DNA of 64,000 bases from Tubiluchus corallicola (Eukaryota > Animalia > Priapulida), in NCBI GenBank assembly GCA_030141605.1, contig JAQGDQ010000115.1, forward strand, positions 248,001 to 312,000, given 5' to 3'. Each line of letters starts with the position of its first letter. The stretch's first letter is position 1. A program made the position numbers and the translations under genes. A model generated the notes under the pieces. It saw only the letters and a list, made by a program, of their open reading frames with translations. It was not told the DNA's origin and searched no databases. Shown here piece after piece: positions 39,426-53,837 of the stretch.

Positions 39426-42090
39426 AATCTTTCAGCTCAATCTATGAGAAATTCTTCTACATCTTACGTTCGCACTATAAAACGCTGTCACAAGTGCATT
39501 CTTTCAAGTCACAAAATGATGGAACGCTGGTACGTCGTCGTGTAAGCTAGCAGACTAGCTACCATCGATTTGTTTTAGATTTAGAACATAGCACACACGA
39601 GGAAACCCAGCCAGAAAAACAAGCATTGATCCACAGGTCTGGGAGGCAAATCGAGTTGGGGGTTCTCTATTGATCAGAGTTGGAAACTTGGAGCGGAATA
39701 CTATCTTCTTCAGCACTTTAAACCAGTGGATGCCTATACATGTTGTTAATTAAGAGATAACAAAGCTTGAATAATCCACTAGAGACATTACAGCTCAAGG
39801 GTTTTTCAATAATTCAAGTATTCATACACTTCTTTACAGCGAAATCAAAGTTCTTCACAATGTAGTTACAAAAATAGCTTAGAATTTTAAATTAACTTCA
39901 TTGGATAATGATAGGCCTATTCTTCATTGTGGAAAAAAGATTACTAGTTTTAAACCTATAAGCAGTCGATATTAATCTTTTTATCCATATTTTTCCAATA
40001 AGTTTGTTCGCTTTTTGAAAAAGTATTCTTGTAAACAGTCTCACAAAATAAAAAAATTACGAAAAAATTATAAATTTATGGAAAACCACTTTATTACTAT
40101 CAGATATTTGCTCCTTAAAGTTCTTATTTATTTATTTAATCAACTTAATTTAATTTCACTGTAGCATCAAAGAAGACTTGCAAAAAATAAACCTTATTTT
40201 TAGTCCGTTTATGAAATTAAAACATTATTTTACTCTGTTTATGAAAATAATAATTAACTCCGTGTTTAACATTAAGTCTCATTATTCATCAACTAATTAA
40301 GGACACTAATTTGATTAAATGATTATTCAATAACATAACAACGCTTTGGCAAATTGTAAAACGGTGAGTTTACGCTAACAAAATATTTCCGCGCATAGTT
40401 TATATTGAGCCATCACTTTAAAATTATACATCATTAGGTTGATTGTCAAAAAGAACAGATCAATTGAACTCTGTTAACTGAAGCGAATTTTATTTATCAA
40501 TTTGCATTATGCAACACGATTATTATATCTACTTAACGCGTGAGCCAATTAATCAAATACTACACGAATTTTTAAGGCGTCAAGAAAGTTTATACAATGC
40601 TGGGCAATTGATGCGTCGACTTTTCTGCACAACTTCACATTCGTTAAAACAATTGGGAGATGGCCTTCAAAATTCACCAAAAAGCTGTAAATTCAACACC
40701 CGAAGCATGAATGCTTTCCGCTCCTCACAATGCGCGATACTTTTTCGAACTATAATGTTACGTTTGTTTGTAAATAAAACGTTACATGTGACAAGTTGTA
40801 AAAGGTTTGCCACGAATGTAGTACAACACTTTTCCTGACAAACATACAACCAGTAGACTCAAAACACGGTACACTGTAGATCACTGTGTAGAATATACAG
40901 ACACTGCCAGGAGGAATAATTTTAGCATTAGCAAATAGCAAGCCCTCACCCAGTTGGCTTGTCATATGCGACGTAGCTCGTAGTATTTTCGCTGCTTACG
41001 AACATATGACTGAGAGGCCCGACAGGATAAGTGGAAACTTAAAACTGTAACAGTTTAAACGAAATATGTGAACAAATTGGTGCTCATACAAACATAAAGC
41101 AGGTAAACAAAACTTCAAAGATTTAATAACTAAATTAAGAATCATTGGAGTACACAAAGAATTATATACTCTGCTGTTTATGCTTAAATATATTAACAAC
41201 TTTAGCAAACCATTTCAAAATAACAGATTTAGCTTCCTTTCCAAATCCTACGGTTGATTTCAGAGCGAGCAGCAAATTAAGAGAAAATATCCACTATGGA
41301 TTTAAAGCAAACAAAGTTAAAATCATTAATATTAACCAAATATGAAATACCACAAGTATGACAACATACACACCAATTCAGAATTCCTAATCAAGGACTA
41401 TATTTAACTAATCGAATCATAATTCTTAATTGTGGTAAGACAGTTGTAAATACGTTTTATTTTTATTTTTGATTAATTTTTGTCTCTATTCTTTTCGTTA
41501 CTACACATTAGTTCAGACTGTACTGACACATTTGCCTAGCAGTAAAAGTTTTTAGTAACTAACGCTGATTGATCCTCTTCTGTAAAATTTGCAGAGATTA
41601 TCATTATATTTATGTATTTTCATGGGATATAAGACCATACATTTATGTGTATATATACATACAGATTGTATGATCATTATAGACTACTGTGACAGCGTGT
41701 ATAAGAAAACGTTAAATTGTTGTTAGGATGTTTTGCTAAGCAGTCCCGCTGTTTCGAGTTATACCTTGATTGACCAAAGTATAGTAAAAATTAGCACACG
41801 AGTTCGTGTAAGACAGTGTGAACAATGCTTTAGATTTTTTTCTTACTCTCAAGAAATACGATTACCCAAACAACAGGATTTTTAATAATAATAAACAAGA
41901 GATTGTACTGTTTTCGATTCCTCACAAAAAAACCATGCCGGCAAATAAAGTTCTTGTGTAAACAAACACGTAGAAAAGCAATACAGGTTAAAGTGAAACA
42001 ATATAAAAATGGTTCGCATTGTCAATCCAAATGTTTAAAAAAACAAATGGATAAATCTAACGTATAAATTTAACATTTACTCAAATTTAC

Positions 42091-42155
42091 GATGGCTGGG
42101 CCCAGCAGAACTGTCCAGGGAGATGGATGCCACGTACTCCCCCCCCCCCACGCAT
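42091..42155 (-). CDS. Candidate third LDB first exon (MRGGGGVRGIHLPGQFCWAQPS)
   Basis: ATG with A at -3; 65 nt; phase-2 donor C|GTAAAT in frame with the RHTPY exon; GC-rich island. No homology recognised. Confidence 0.3.
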
Positions 42156-43433
42156 CGTACCACGCTTCTCACCACGTGCTGAACCACGTATTCAATATGG
42201 CTTCCAGGACACGTATGCCAAAACCGTCAGCTCCCATGTCTCCAACAAATGCTAATTGACTCCTCCAGACAGTACTGCGCCAGACAGTACTACAGCCTGC
42301 GGACAATGACATTCAGCAAATAAACTGAAACTCAGTCTCCTCCATAAGAGGAAGAGTTTAAAGACAAGCATTCAGTCCGGGAACATGTTCTATACTGCAT
42401 GGTTTCCACTGGCATTACCATCAAGAAACACAATCGGAGATTTCTTGAATAACCAAATTTGCTCCAAAGCCTCTCTAACCAATAACCAAATAGCCCATGA
42501 GGTGGCATTTACTTTCGAGGCACAAACACATTTAAAAAACGGAAAAGTGTGCATTCAACAAAAATCAGCTCTTTTTACCTTGAGCTACAAAACCAGATAG
42601 ACAACAAAACTAGGCCAATACCTGGCCAGGCAGGTAAATTTGATCATGTGACCCAAGGTGAATCAAAGATCAAAGGCGACAACAATCTCAAGTCTAATAA
42701 AAAATATTAACAATAATAGCAATCAATGTTATACCAACAATAGCAATAAATTTTGGATTGTCATCAAAAATACATGAATAGAAAATAAGTCAACCAATCA
42801 TTAGTAGCGCATCACAATAGACAGCTTAGGTCGTCACAACTTCTGTTTCCAAATTTGTTTACCGTATACTGCAATATGGTGGATGTGTTAAAGATAATAT
42901 GCTACCAGTATTAACAGAATTTCTATAAGTAATTGAGCTGTTTCGGGCACTGACCTGCCCAAATTAATCACTTGTATTTATTTTTCGTTGTGTAATAATC
43001 TACCTTGTAATACTGCTTGCCGCAAATAGGGGCTACCAGAATGTATATATATATACATACATACACATTACAATATATATTTTCTAAAAGATCGTTGTCT
43101 AACCAATCAGTAGCCATCGGAGTGACGCAACATTGAACTTGTAGTTCAAGTGTCCCAAGAATACCAACTTTCTTCATATAAGATTTCAAAAATTTAATAA
43201 CGATAAAAATGTACGCCATTATAGGTCATAACAACATTTAAAATTAGACTGATACGATTAAGCATCATTTGTGATAAAGCACTATAATGCACAGTGAAGT
43301 CACTACAGTATTTAAGGTTGAATGAACAAAAACAATATTGTAATGAAAGTAATGTACAGAGTAACCCGAGTGAAGACCACACAACTGTAACGCAAGGCAA
43401 TGTATTTCTTTGCAACTGCGCAGGCTTATAAAA

Positions 43434-43507
43434 TACACGCACGCACGCACGCACGCACGCACACACACACATATACATACATTTATATATATATATATAT
43501 GTATAAT

Positions 43508-43561
<54 letters not shown>
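43434..43561. repeat. (CACG)n(CA)n...(AT)n microsatellite
   Basis: Directly visible. Confidence 0.95.
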
Positions 43562-43564
<3 letters not shown>

Positions 43565-44837
43565 TTGTTAGCATACAGTTCAGACTGCATTGACGCATTT
43601 GCCTTTACCAGTAAAAGTTTTTATTAACTAACACTGATTGATCATATCTGTAAAATTTTTCTTTGCAGCGATTACCATTATATTTATGTATTTTAATGGC
43701 AAATAAAGACCATATATATACCATTAAAATACATAACTGTATGGTAACAAAACAGTAGAAATAAAAACAATACATATTTAGAACTGTTTTAAGTTTTATG
43801 AACTATCAACCATCGAGAGCAAATATTTTAACTGCCCGCTGACCAACTTACAATGTCCCAACGAGTCACCTTTGCCAGTTTCCATGGCAACGATCACTGC
43901 CTTGACTGCATTAGTACAAGGTACAGTGTCACGAGGCATGGCAGCGTGAAAGGCCGCAGTTCTGTTATGTAAAACTATCGATACAGGAAGATGCATTGAC
44001 CAGAAGCATAAATAGATAATAGAGCCAAGGATAACGCCAACGGGAGAGCTGATGCACTCGCAGTAATAAAAACAGAGGTGGAATACTCAGGGGTTACTCT
44101 ACGATCTACATAAATGATAGTGAAAACATACAAGAGCTACCACAATAACAATCCTACATGCGAAACCTTAGACAGTCTTTACGAGCATAAGAGAGTCTAC
44201 ATGTAGTTATTTTTGTAGTTCGCTTTGCTATTGTCTAAACTACAAACTTCGAGAGTAACGTATTGAAACATATTTCGTATCTGCACTCTGGAAATGACAG
44301 AAGCCAGAGATGAAGCTAGTCATATTTAGTGGCACTCGCAGTTGCTGCCGAAGAATGCCACACTAGCGCCATCTCTTATTAAACATGTACAACAGAGTTA
44401 ACTCATGCGTAATCAGTCACTGATCACAGTCCAGAGGAGTACGAGAAGACTGTCGATAGATGGCGCCAAAAATATAAAAAGTAGTAACACAAAAGACGTA
44501 AGAAAACTAGTGCCAGACTGGCAACCTACAGATTGGGGTACTTGGAATGTGCAAGTTCGTCGCAAGACCTACAGTAAAAAGCAGCACAGTTTTGCTGCCC
44601 ACCTGTCGGACTTCAATATAAATTTTTATACATATTTTAGGTAGATTGTTGCATCATGTTGCATGACCATGTTAAAGTTGAAATGTTGCAGATGATTGTG
44701 TTGGAATAAACAGCAATGTCTTTGCTTAAGTGTGTGCTGGTAGTTATTTTCATTTTAAGAATTCGTTTTTCCCATCACAAACCAAATTATTTTAGGAAGT
44801 CCCGTCTGAATACTTTTTAGATTATAGTAGAGTCAAT

Positions 44838-46632
44838 TTGCAGGAAAATTACTTTTAAGGTGTTTTTTGTAGAGTTTGGTCCAGGGAATAACATCAAAAG
44901 TATACTGAAATTGGAGTATCACAAAGGGTCTAATTGAGACGTCAAAAAGATGACCAAAATGAACGGGTATTTAGTCGTACCAGAATGGTGAAAAAAATGC
45001 TCGCTCATTTTGTCTCAAAAGTGCGAAACTTTGCACAGAGTAGAACCCGTTAAGATGATTAATTCTGATTATAAAGTGAATATAAATTCGTCCAGCACGG
45101 CTGCAAGTTTCAAGATGGCTGACAATATGGCTGTTGCTAGCTCGTTGCCCAGGGCTATACCTTAGCTATCATATTAGACAGGAAAATGATTTTTGCGTCT
45201 AAATATAGGTTTTCCAGGTCAGACAATACCTGCTTGGACACATTTACATTTGCCACAGTACCCTTCTGCTTGCTGGCAACAACGTTTAATAAGTCGATGA
45301 CACACCGTTGAAGGCAAAATTCAGTGTGATTTTCTTGTCAGTTCGGTAAAACTTTTCCAGGCCTCAGTCAAATGGTGGTGATAAAGTTTAAGGCAGGGAT
45401 CAATGCCTGGTCCCAACAGTTCTGCTTGACGCAACCCGTTCAATTACCTCCAACATTTCATCCAGTGAAACTTTTCTTTGTGGACAAGTTTTTACATGTA
45501 TGCTTTGCCAACTGTCACAGTCATGCATGTGTTAGCATTGGCATACTAATGTGCAGCAAAATGTATGCAGCCAAGCACAAACATGAGGTATGATTATTAT
45601 GATTATTATTATATGATATATATGTACATATTTTATATGTACAAAACATTGGCTAAGTCAGCTGCTTAGCTCTAGGAATAATGCTTCAAAATGCCAAATT
45701 CTTCGGTTACCTCTTCAACACTTACCACGTAGACCAGGCTATCTTTTTCCTCTCCCCGCAAAATATGAAACCTGGTCGCAACCAGTAAAAGTTGACAGAA
45801 TTGGTGTTTTTCAAATCCTACCGCATTCGCAGTTTCATGAAAAGCTGTATACCTAAGGTATTTGCCTGTTCCAGACATTAAGTAGAGTGCAGCAATGTAC
45901 CTAACACATCATATAATACTGTACGTGTAATATTCATTCAAGGAACAATACCAGCGGTCACACATAATCTTGCTACGTTATGACAACACCAGCATGTTAG
46001 TTGACAACATGTAAACTTTGTTCACAATTCCTAAAAGATATGGCCCTTAGGAACTGACAACAGCCATCATGTCGGCCATCTTGAATGTTGCGGCCATGTT
46101 GGATAATTTTTGATTGAGCGCATACTCAAAATTAATTAACTGGATGGGTTTTAGCATTGTGTAAAGTTTCATGCTTTTAAGGCAAAATGAGCAGTTCTGT
46201 TACTTTGTGCAAAATTTGCAGCCATCTTAGCTGTCATCTTGAAATGGGGTGATATTTTAGGAGCACTTAAGCATCAGATATGGATTCCTTGACTTTTAAA
46301 ACCTATATTTATACACCAAAATAATCAGCCTGTCTGCTGATAGCTAAGATATAGCCCTCATAAGCCAGCTATAGCCATACTGTCGACCATCATGAAAATT
46401 GCGGCCATATTTGGACTTCAAGACAATAATTAATCACCTTAATCTGTTCTAGCTTCTAAGTCAAAATGAGCAGTTTTTCGCCATTCTGATAGACTAAGTA
46501 CCCATTGATTTTGGTCAACTAGCGACCATCATAATTAGACCCTTTCCGATGTACTTCAATTTCGGTCTATTTTTGATATGTTATTCCCCGAACCAGATAC
46601 TATAAGAAAACGCCATTAAACGTTTTCTTGCA
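44838..46632. mobile_element. Large foldback/MITE-like element with long imperfect inverted arms
   Basis: About 44840-45020 (gggaataacatc...gaaattggagta...aaagggtctaatt...gaccaaaat...cagaatggtgaaaaa...gctcattttg) is the reverse complement of about 46450-46632; internal caagatggc / gccatcttg repeats. Confidence 0.7.
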
Positions 46633-47832
46633 TTTTTGTGGTTGGACAAATTATATTGTACATTAACTCTATTAGTAACACAAAACCCTTTCTCACTACG
46701 AGTGTCAGTGACTGAGCAAGTACTGTTTTGTGTTACATGTCTGAACAATAAAATGAGAATTTAAAACAGTGTGCAAATGATACTGCGCAATTCTCTTCTT
46801 CCTTTCCCATATTTACAACTCTTATCTTTACAATGCAGGCGATTATCAATGTTCAGCCAGCACTGCCAAGCCTAGCTTCAGCGCATTCACTGCTGTAAAA
46901 CCACCCGGAAATTATTCCTTACAGTGCAATTTGCAGAGTGCAACCAAGTTAGAAACCTCAGCCCGCTTCCATTAGGTCTCTCTCGACCTCTGCTGCCACT
47001 GTTCGTGGAAGAGGGCGTATGGGGGTGCCTGTCGAGCAGACCAACGAAGAAAGTTTGTTGTTCTAAAACAAATCTACAAAAAGGAATGCAATTTTCACAA
47101 CACATGTAGGTACTGCTTATTAAAAAGCTTTACTACTTCTAGCCTGACAATTACTCAGAGGTGCATATTGACTGGAAACACTCGAAACCTCTGTCTTCGG
47201 CGAGCCTTCTGAGGAGAAAGGCAGTCGTCAATCGGTAATGATGTTATTAAATCCAGCAGCCAGAACGACAACATGTCAGGGGTCGCGCGAAATCGATAGA
47301 ACAGCCATTAATCCAGACAAAGCTACCCGAGTGGAAATCGCCTTTGACAAAAGCAGACTGCGGATCATCGACTGACTGATTGACTGACCGACCATAAAAC
47401 CACGCACACAAAATACGCTGAGCATTTATCGTCAAGACGCTTTTATTAGTTTACACACACCTACGGCTACATGTATAAATGCAGCTGCGTTTCTGATGTC
47501 TTAGTACAAAGTCCTTCACATTTGACAGTGTACAAACACACTTAGAGAAGCCAATTTTCGTACATCTTTCTCATTTCATTGCCCGCCCAGTGCAAACAAT
47601 CTGTCGTTACAGATAATTGGGCACTTTTTCCAGACAAGATTAAATCTCAGGACATTATCCCTGCAATAAGACTGAAAACTCAAGCATCACAAATAAGTTT
47701 TTAATATCTCTTAACTAACGTGGAATCGCGTTGTACAATTCCACTCGTTTCTTTCCTTTTTCGGGATAAAAGAATAAGAAGCTGTTAAGCACGAAGTTAA
47801 CAGCATCATTCTCTTATCACCGCTCCCAGTGG

Positions 47833-48045
47833 CCACCACCACCACCATCATCATCATCATGATCAACATTAACATAGTCATCATCGCCACGATGTGTCGC
47901 CATCAGTAAAAAAAACTTTACTATTCCCATTCTAAAATAATATCATCATTATCACTACTTCCACTATCTCCGTATCATCGTCATTATTATTATCATCACC
48001 ATATCATCATTATCGTCAACATCATTATTATTATCATCACTACTA
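47833..48045. repeat. Degenerate (CAT/CAC/TAT)n trinucleotide repeats
   Basis: Directly visible. Confidence 0.8.
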
Positions 48046-48435
48046 TACCTACACTCTAGATTCGGCTATTTTTTCGGAATTAACAAAATATAGCAGCATA
48101 ATAATAATAATGCACTGTAATAAACTATGCACACAAAACGCCTGGTTACCATGACGACGCAGTGCAAATCACAAAGTGTCGTCACTCTTCAGTTTGCCCT
48201 ACTCGCGGTATAATACAGCAATCAAGCACCTAGCTACAGAATGAGGGTTGATTTTATAATGTGAAATCTGCATTGCTTCAGAAGGCAGTCCGGACAGCTA
48301 TTTTGCATCGACGACAGCATTATTGAACGGGGAAAAGATGAATAATGTATAAGCTGAGCATAATGTTGCATGAAGCATGACGAAGCTGAATAATAATAGA
48401 AACTGTAATGTTCAATTCTGAAGTTGAAGAGCTTC

Positions 48436-48870
48436 TTAAAGAAAAGGACAGTCATTTAGCATTTTGGGTTTTCTTACTGCTTAAACTTCGAAAAATACAA
48501 CACAGAAATTTGTAAAAAAAACTGTCTATAAGAACATTAAGTTAATTTTCATAAAGTAAATAGTACTGCTGTAACGAAAATTTCAGGTGCGGTGGTAGGT
48601 AGCCCTCATTCACTTAAAAACGCAACTGATGGACTTCGTGACTTTTCGTATGCGGATCGTGGTTATTAGTGCAAAAATATCACAAAATTAGCTATATAAT
48701 TCTTTGTAAAAACTTATTAATAATTTTAGCGGAAATTGATAGTACGCTGCTTTTCTTCAGTCGACGAGTGATATCATTAGTGGAAAAATGGCCGTTCAAA
48801 ACGGTGAAATGATCACAACTTTAAAGTGATTTTAATAATTGCACGAGACGCTTACTGCACTTTTCTTATT
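48436..48870 (+). mobile_element. MITE family A copy 3 (3'-truncated)
   Basis: ttaaagaaaaggacagtcatttagcat..., with internal similarity to copies 1 and 2. Confidence 0.65.
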
Positions 48871-49499
48871 ATGATCACCATATCATCAAACGATCACAAC
48901 TTTAAAGTGATTTTAGTATTTTCGTGGCTTCACATCTATCAGGTACATCTATTGAGCACAACATACCAGACTTGTCAAGCAGTGGAAGCAGCCTTGCTGT
49001 TTATTTTATACTGAATCGTGGACAAGTATTACATTAGGAAGTAGGAATCACATTTCGTTTAGCGATACTAACGCAACGCCAGTGTTAATAAATGACCCAA
49101 CTTCTTTGAATTCCGCCATGAATGTTGTTCGAAAATTCTGCCGAGCACGCGAAACTGCTTTAGTGTTTTTCGATATTTAGAAATAAAGATATAAGCCCAA
49201 AATACCGTAGTGGTAAAATAAATAAATGGAGCTTTGCACTGTGCGCATTATTGAGTATTGCTGGGTGGGTAACAATAGTGGTTGAAAGGACACAGACCCT
49301 CGAGCCAGACAAAACCTCACTTTCCATAAAAAATACAAACTAGAACAGATTTGATTAAAAATACATGGCATTGTGTTATTTCAACCACTAATGTTACAAA
49401 CCCAACAACATACTTTCCATGTAGTGTCTACAAAAAAAAACATTTACCAAACTTGGGCAACTGAGCTCTGCCTTAACAGCTGATCAATTACTAGCAGTG

Positions 49500-49780
49500 C
49501 ACAACACCAGACTTACTACTTGACAAGCTGACTACAAAACAAAACATTATCAAACATACAACCTGATGCTTGCAGTACAAAGCACAGCAGACTTGGCAAG
49601 CTGTCTGTTATAGAAAGAACATTTCCAGACTAGGCAAGATGTCTACATGAGGAACAGCTGCAGACCTGGTAAGCTGTCTATAGGAAGAGCATCTCTAGAC
49701 CTGACAATCTATCTATAGGAAAAACAGCTTCAGACAAGGTATCTATGGAAGAAAACATTACTAGACTTGGCAAACTGATG
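49500..49780. repeat. Degenerate minisatellite, unit about 35 bp
   Basis: About 6-7 diverged copies of cagactggcaagctgtctataggaagaaca-like units. Confidence 0.7.
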
Positions 49781-52671
49781 TTTGCACGCACAACATTACC
49801 TGACCTTATTCTGGGCCCAAACGTTGTTAATTGTCAATGAGCAAAGGAGACCTTTTGATGCTTTCCTCGTGCTGGAAATTATGCTGGAACCGTGCTGCAG
49901 GGCTGAATTTATGCTGGAACCTTTGCAAATTTAGAATTATGTAGAAGAAAGTTTTGGGTAGCATATTGTAACTACTATGAAAACAAGGCACATAAAATAG
50001 AGGTCCACAGTCTTGCCATATTTTTGACTTGATCTTGACCATTTAATACAAAAGTAATCAGTCGGACCAAATTTACAAAAAATACAAAGTAAGGCTTAGT
50101 TACCAAAAACATTTATCAGAACTGTTCAACACTGAAATCGATTTAAACACGTTTTACTAACTTTGATGCTTTGTTGCTGTCTTTAGTTACGTCGCTAGTT
50201 GCTCGTTTCCAACACCTAACATTTTCTTTCCTATAGGTGCATACATAACTTTGGCAGCAGGTTACAGCCACCATACGTTATCAAATATCAGCGATCAGAT
50301 ACAGTTTGCTTACGATTATATGACTATATATGACGAACTTTCATAGATTTAGTTATACACAAACAGTACCACAGGCAACTTTAGAGACGCGCATGTAAAC
50401 TTAAACTGTGATTTTTTTTACAGAAGTAAATAATTTCTCGAAAATTTATTAGCAGCAATTTGCGATGTGATACTAAAAAAATTCAGAGGTGCGTATGGAA
50501 GATTAGAACAACCCAGAAGCAATCTTCCTGTGATTATCCATACCAACTAAGCTCAGCGATCGTGTTTCTGTTATCAAACTTGTCGAATAATAATAGGATA
50601 AACTGAAGTTACGCACCTAACGTATTCACACTTCACAATATTCAATAAACATTAACTAAACACGTAATGTTAAGTGGTGACAACTGCAACTTTATCAATT
50701 ATTACTAAATAAGCAGACTTAACCTTTCAATTAGTCCAATTTAGTTGACAGGCTGATGTTCATATTCATAAGTTTGGAAGTTGATGCTTATAGGGCATAT
50801 CTTAGGGTAGTTTCTCTTAATGCAATATTTTAAGGTTTTGTCTTCACCTTCGTAAACGCATCAAGAATCGGAAAAACATTTACCCTAAATTTTCAGTTTC
50901 CATTTGGCATAACCAATATAACAGTAGGATTTTACATTACAGTTTCAACTCAATCATTACCAACGCCTCCAACATTTTCAAAGCTTCAGTACCGCTGTTA
51001 ATTAGTGCGCTTGACATATCAGCGAACAGTCGTCATTCCCAATCAATAATCATAACAAAACCGACAGGCAGACAGACTGGATACAGCAGCATTATGCGTT
51101 AACGTGCACTGGCTTTGCATTGCTTTATTACAATGCTGTGCACTGCAGCCACACTGACGTCAAATTCAATATTCTATATTACGATACTTCACTGACAATA
51201 GCGAGTCACCAGTTGGGTGATTTGACGGCGCGAAATCAGAACACATTACTGTTGAAATACAGTTGTACATTGTAATTTCATTTAGACACCAGTCTACAGC
51301 TCTAGGTTGGTCAACCCTTCGCTTCATTAATGTGTCAGTACCGTATGGCATCAGTGGCAGTGTCAAACTTGCCTTAAATTCTTCATTCCTACTGATAAAT
51401 TTATAATAAAATCATAGTCAAATATCAGGCAGGTTTAATATTTTTTCGCTGAGGCTAAAATACAAACAAATAAGCAGTGTAAAATAAACTTTTCAGAGGC
51501 ACGGATACTGGATAGGAACTATACGCTTGCGCGCTTTTTTTAGAACGCGCAAATTAAGCTACAGATTCACGAATGAAAACGTAGTCTGTGCCGCTGAAAA
51601 TGTATTATATATATATATATATATGACTGGAAAATTGATATTTTTGCAACTAAGCCATTACTGTAAACTGTGCATCCAATTTAGTTGATATTTAATTACA
51701 AAAGCTCCTACAGTAAGTACAGCAGGACTTAGTTTACTATAACGTGTGCCTGCAGATGGCTTAATGTTTTAATGGCACAGTTTAATTTAGTACAGGAGCA
51801 TCTTGTACAAAAAAAAATCCCATGTGGAATTTAATACACAGTAAGAAAATCAATAATTAATAAATATTTAATTGAATCTTCGTAAGCAGAAAATAAAAGC
51901 AATTAAAGAAAGGAATTCAAAAAGTTTTACTAACTTCTGCAACTAATACAAATAACCCACAAATAAGACACCTGAACTGAATCATCTCGAATATAGCATA
52001 AGTGCTGTCTTTCCTTGACAATGCTTCCTTCAGTGCAAAATGAAGATAAGCTGCACATGTTTTAAAACAAAGCTGAAGAACCCTATGTGCAAAAATGTGT
52101 GCCTGCATCAATAACAGTACGAGTACGTGAATACAATATCAATTCTCAATCTAGCAAGACCTGGCACACAAGTCAGTACTGGTACCTAGGGCTGCGCCAA
52201 ATATTTGGACCACTCCCTGGACCCCAAATAGATATAAAAATCCAGTCCGGTAAACTTCGGTTGTAATCACTAAAGCTTTGGTGAACCTTCGGTAATTGCA
52301 AAGTTACTTTTTTGATAATTATCATATTCAGTGAAAATTATATTAAACTAACCAAACATTTGCCTATAACTTACGAAAATTTATCCGAAAAAACTGATAG
52401 TAAACAATGAACATGGCACAGCAGTCAACATTTTGCTTTCTATGCCCGTATGATAACTCAAAAAATGTGATGCCTCATTAGTATCCAACTCTTGTAAATG
52501 TACAGCAACATGGCCGCCATCCAATATTCTCTGATATGAAGCAAAATAAATCAATGAAATTCTTCAATGCTATTTCTACTGACTGTACCAAATAGTTTGG
52601 AACTGCTTTTGAAAAAACTGGGGCCACGAGCTACTTGTAAAACACTTAATACTTTACTACAATAACCTCCA

Positions 52672-53216
52672 CCAGAAAAAGCTTCGCTCAGTTTCCAACA
52701 TCAGATGGGATGATTATGTGACCAATAATTCAGTTCTCGAGAGATTCAACACCACTAGTATAGAAGCTATGATTACGAAACATCGGCTAAGGTGGGCAGG
52801 TCATGTAGACGTATGGACGAAAACAGACTTCCCCGAAGGATCCTCTTCAGTGAGCTGAGCACTGGGTGGGGTAGGCGCCGCTACAAGGACCAACTAAAAG
52901 AAACCCTGCAATCAGCAAGGATCGATCCAGAAACCTGGGAGCAGACAGCGCGGCAGCGAACAAAGTGGAGAAGAGTCATCCAGGAAGGGACTGAGCAGTT
53001 TGAAACAACCAGACGAGCAGCAATTGAAGCCAAACGTCAACGAAGGAAAGAGAAGGCCCGTCAACCTCGGGTAACTCCCACCATCCAATGTGACAAATGC
53101 ACCAGAATGTTTTGAGCAAGGATCGGGCTGTTAAGCCACCAACGTGCCCACCACAGCTAGTAACTTCGACCGAAAGGACAATACTCGGAAACGAGTGAAA
53201 GCCGACGACGACAACG
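52672..53216 (+). mobile_element. 5'-truncated RTE-clade LINE with 13-bp TSD
   Basis: RLRWAGHV, RMDENRLPRRILFSEL, RRRYKDQLK, TWEQTARQRTKWR, a C-terminal CxxC...HxxxH finger and a (gac)n tail; acaataacctcca is duplicated at 52659-52671 and 53217-53229. Confidence 0.9.
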
Positions 53217-53837
53217 ACAATAACCTCCATTTTTTTAAATGAAAACACGGATTGCGTAATCAGAACAATTTTACACAGCTCACCAATGTCCACTAACTTA
53301 AAACAATTTAAACATGACAAAGTTTATAATTCCCTTCAATTGACATTCGGATTTTGTTCAGTTTCAGTAAAAAATTCTGTTCCGCTTCGGTACGCTATTC
53401 CACTTTAACTTGATATTTCATTCGAAATTTGGTTCAGTACAACGTGTGATCATTTTTTTGTGTTTCGGTTCGGTGGTACCCAAGGATAAAAAATACGCTT
53501 CGCTTAGGTTGTTGGAAATGTGCTAACTGTACATACCTACTGGCATACATTGTCTATTTCAGCATGCCTTTACTAAATACCAGATAGAACACTTTTAAAA
53601 TAGTTCACTGACTGGCCAACTAACTTTTTTTGCAAAGTTAGGAAACATGATTTATGTGTATTCGATGGCTGTAGGATAAAAATGTACTTGAAGAGTTTGT
53701 GTTAGAATTGTGCTATGCAGATTTTATACAGGATCATAGAAATTCTAATACACAAAGCACAAAACGAAACTTACAGCAGAAACTGAAAGACAATGTTTAG
53801 CTCCAACAAAAAAGAATGAGTTTTTCTTCATGAAACT

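Noticed and set aside
43194-43627. ORFs of 67-134 aa
   Set aside because: They are translations of microsatellites (YIYI, CVRA).
46919-47105. Fourth LDB first exon (MCCENC...PNGSGLR)
   Set aside because: The only phase-2 donor (AG|GTTTCT) is weak, the good donor (GTAAGG) is in the wrong phase, and no homology is recognised.
49500-49780. CRISPR-like array
   Set aside because: The units are diverged tandem copies without unique spacers, there are no cas genes, and the context is a eukaryotic intron.
51100-51150. miRNA-like hairpin
   Set aside because: The stem is short and asymmetric, and no known mature sequence is recognised.
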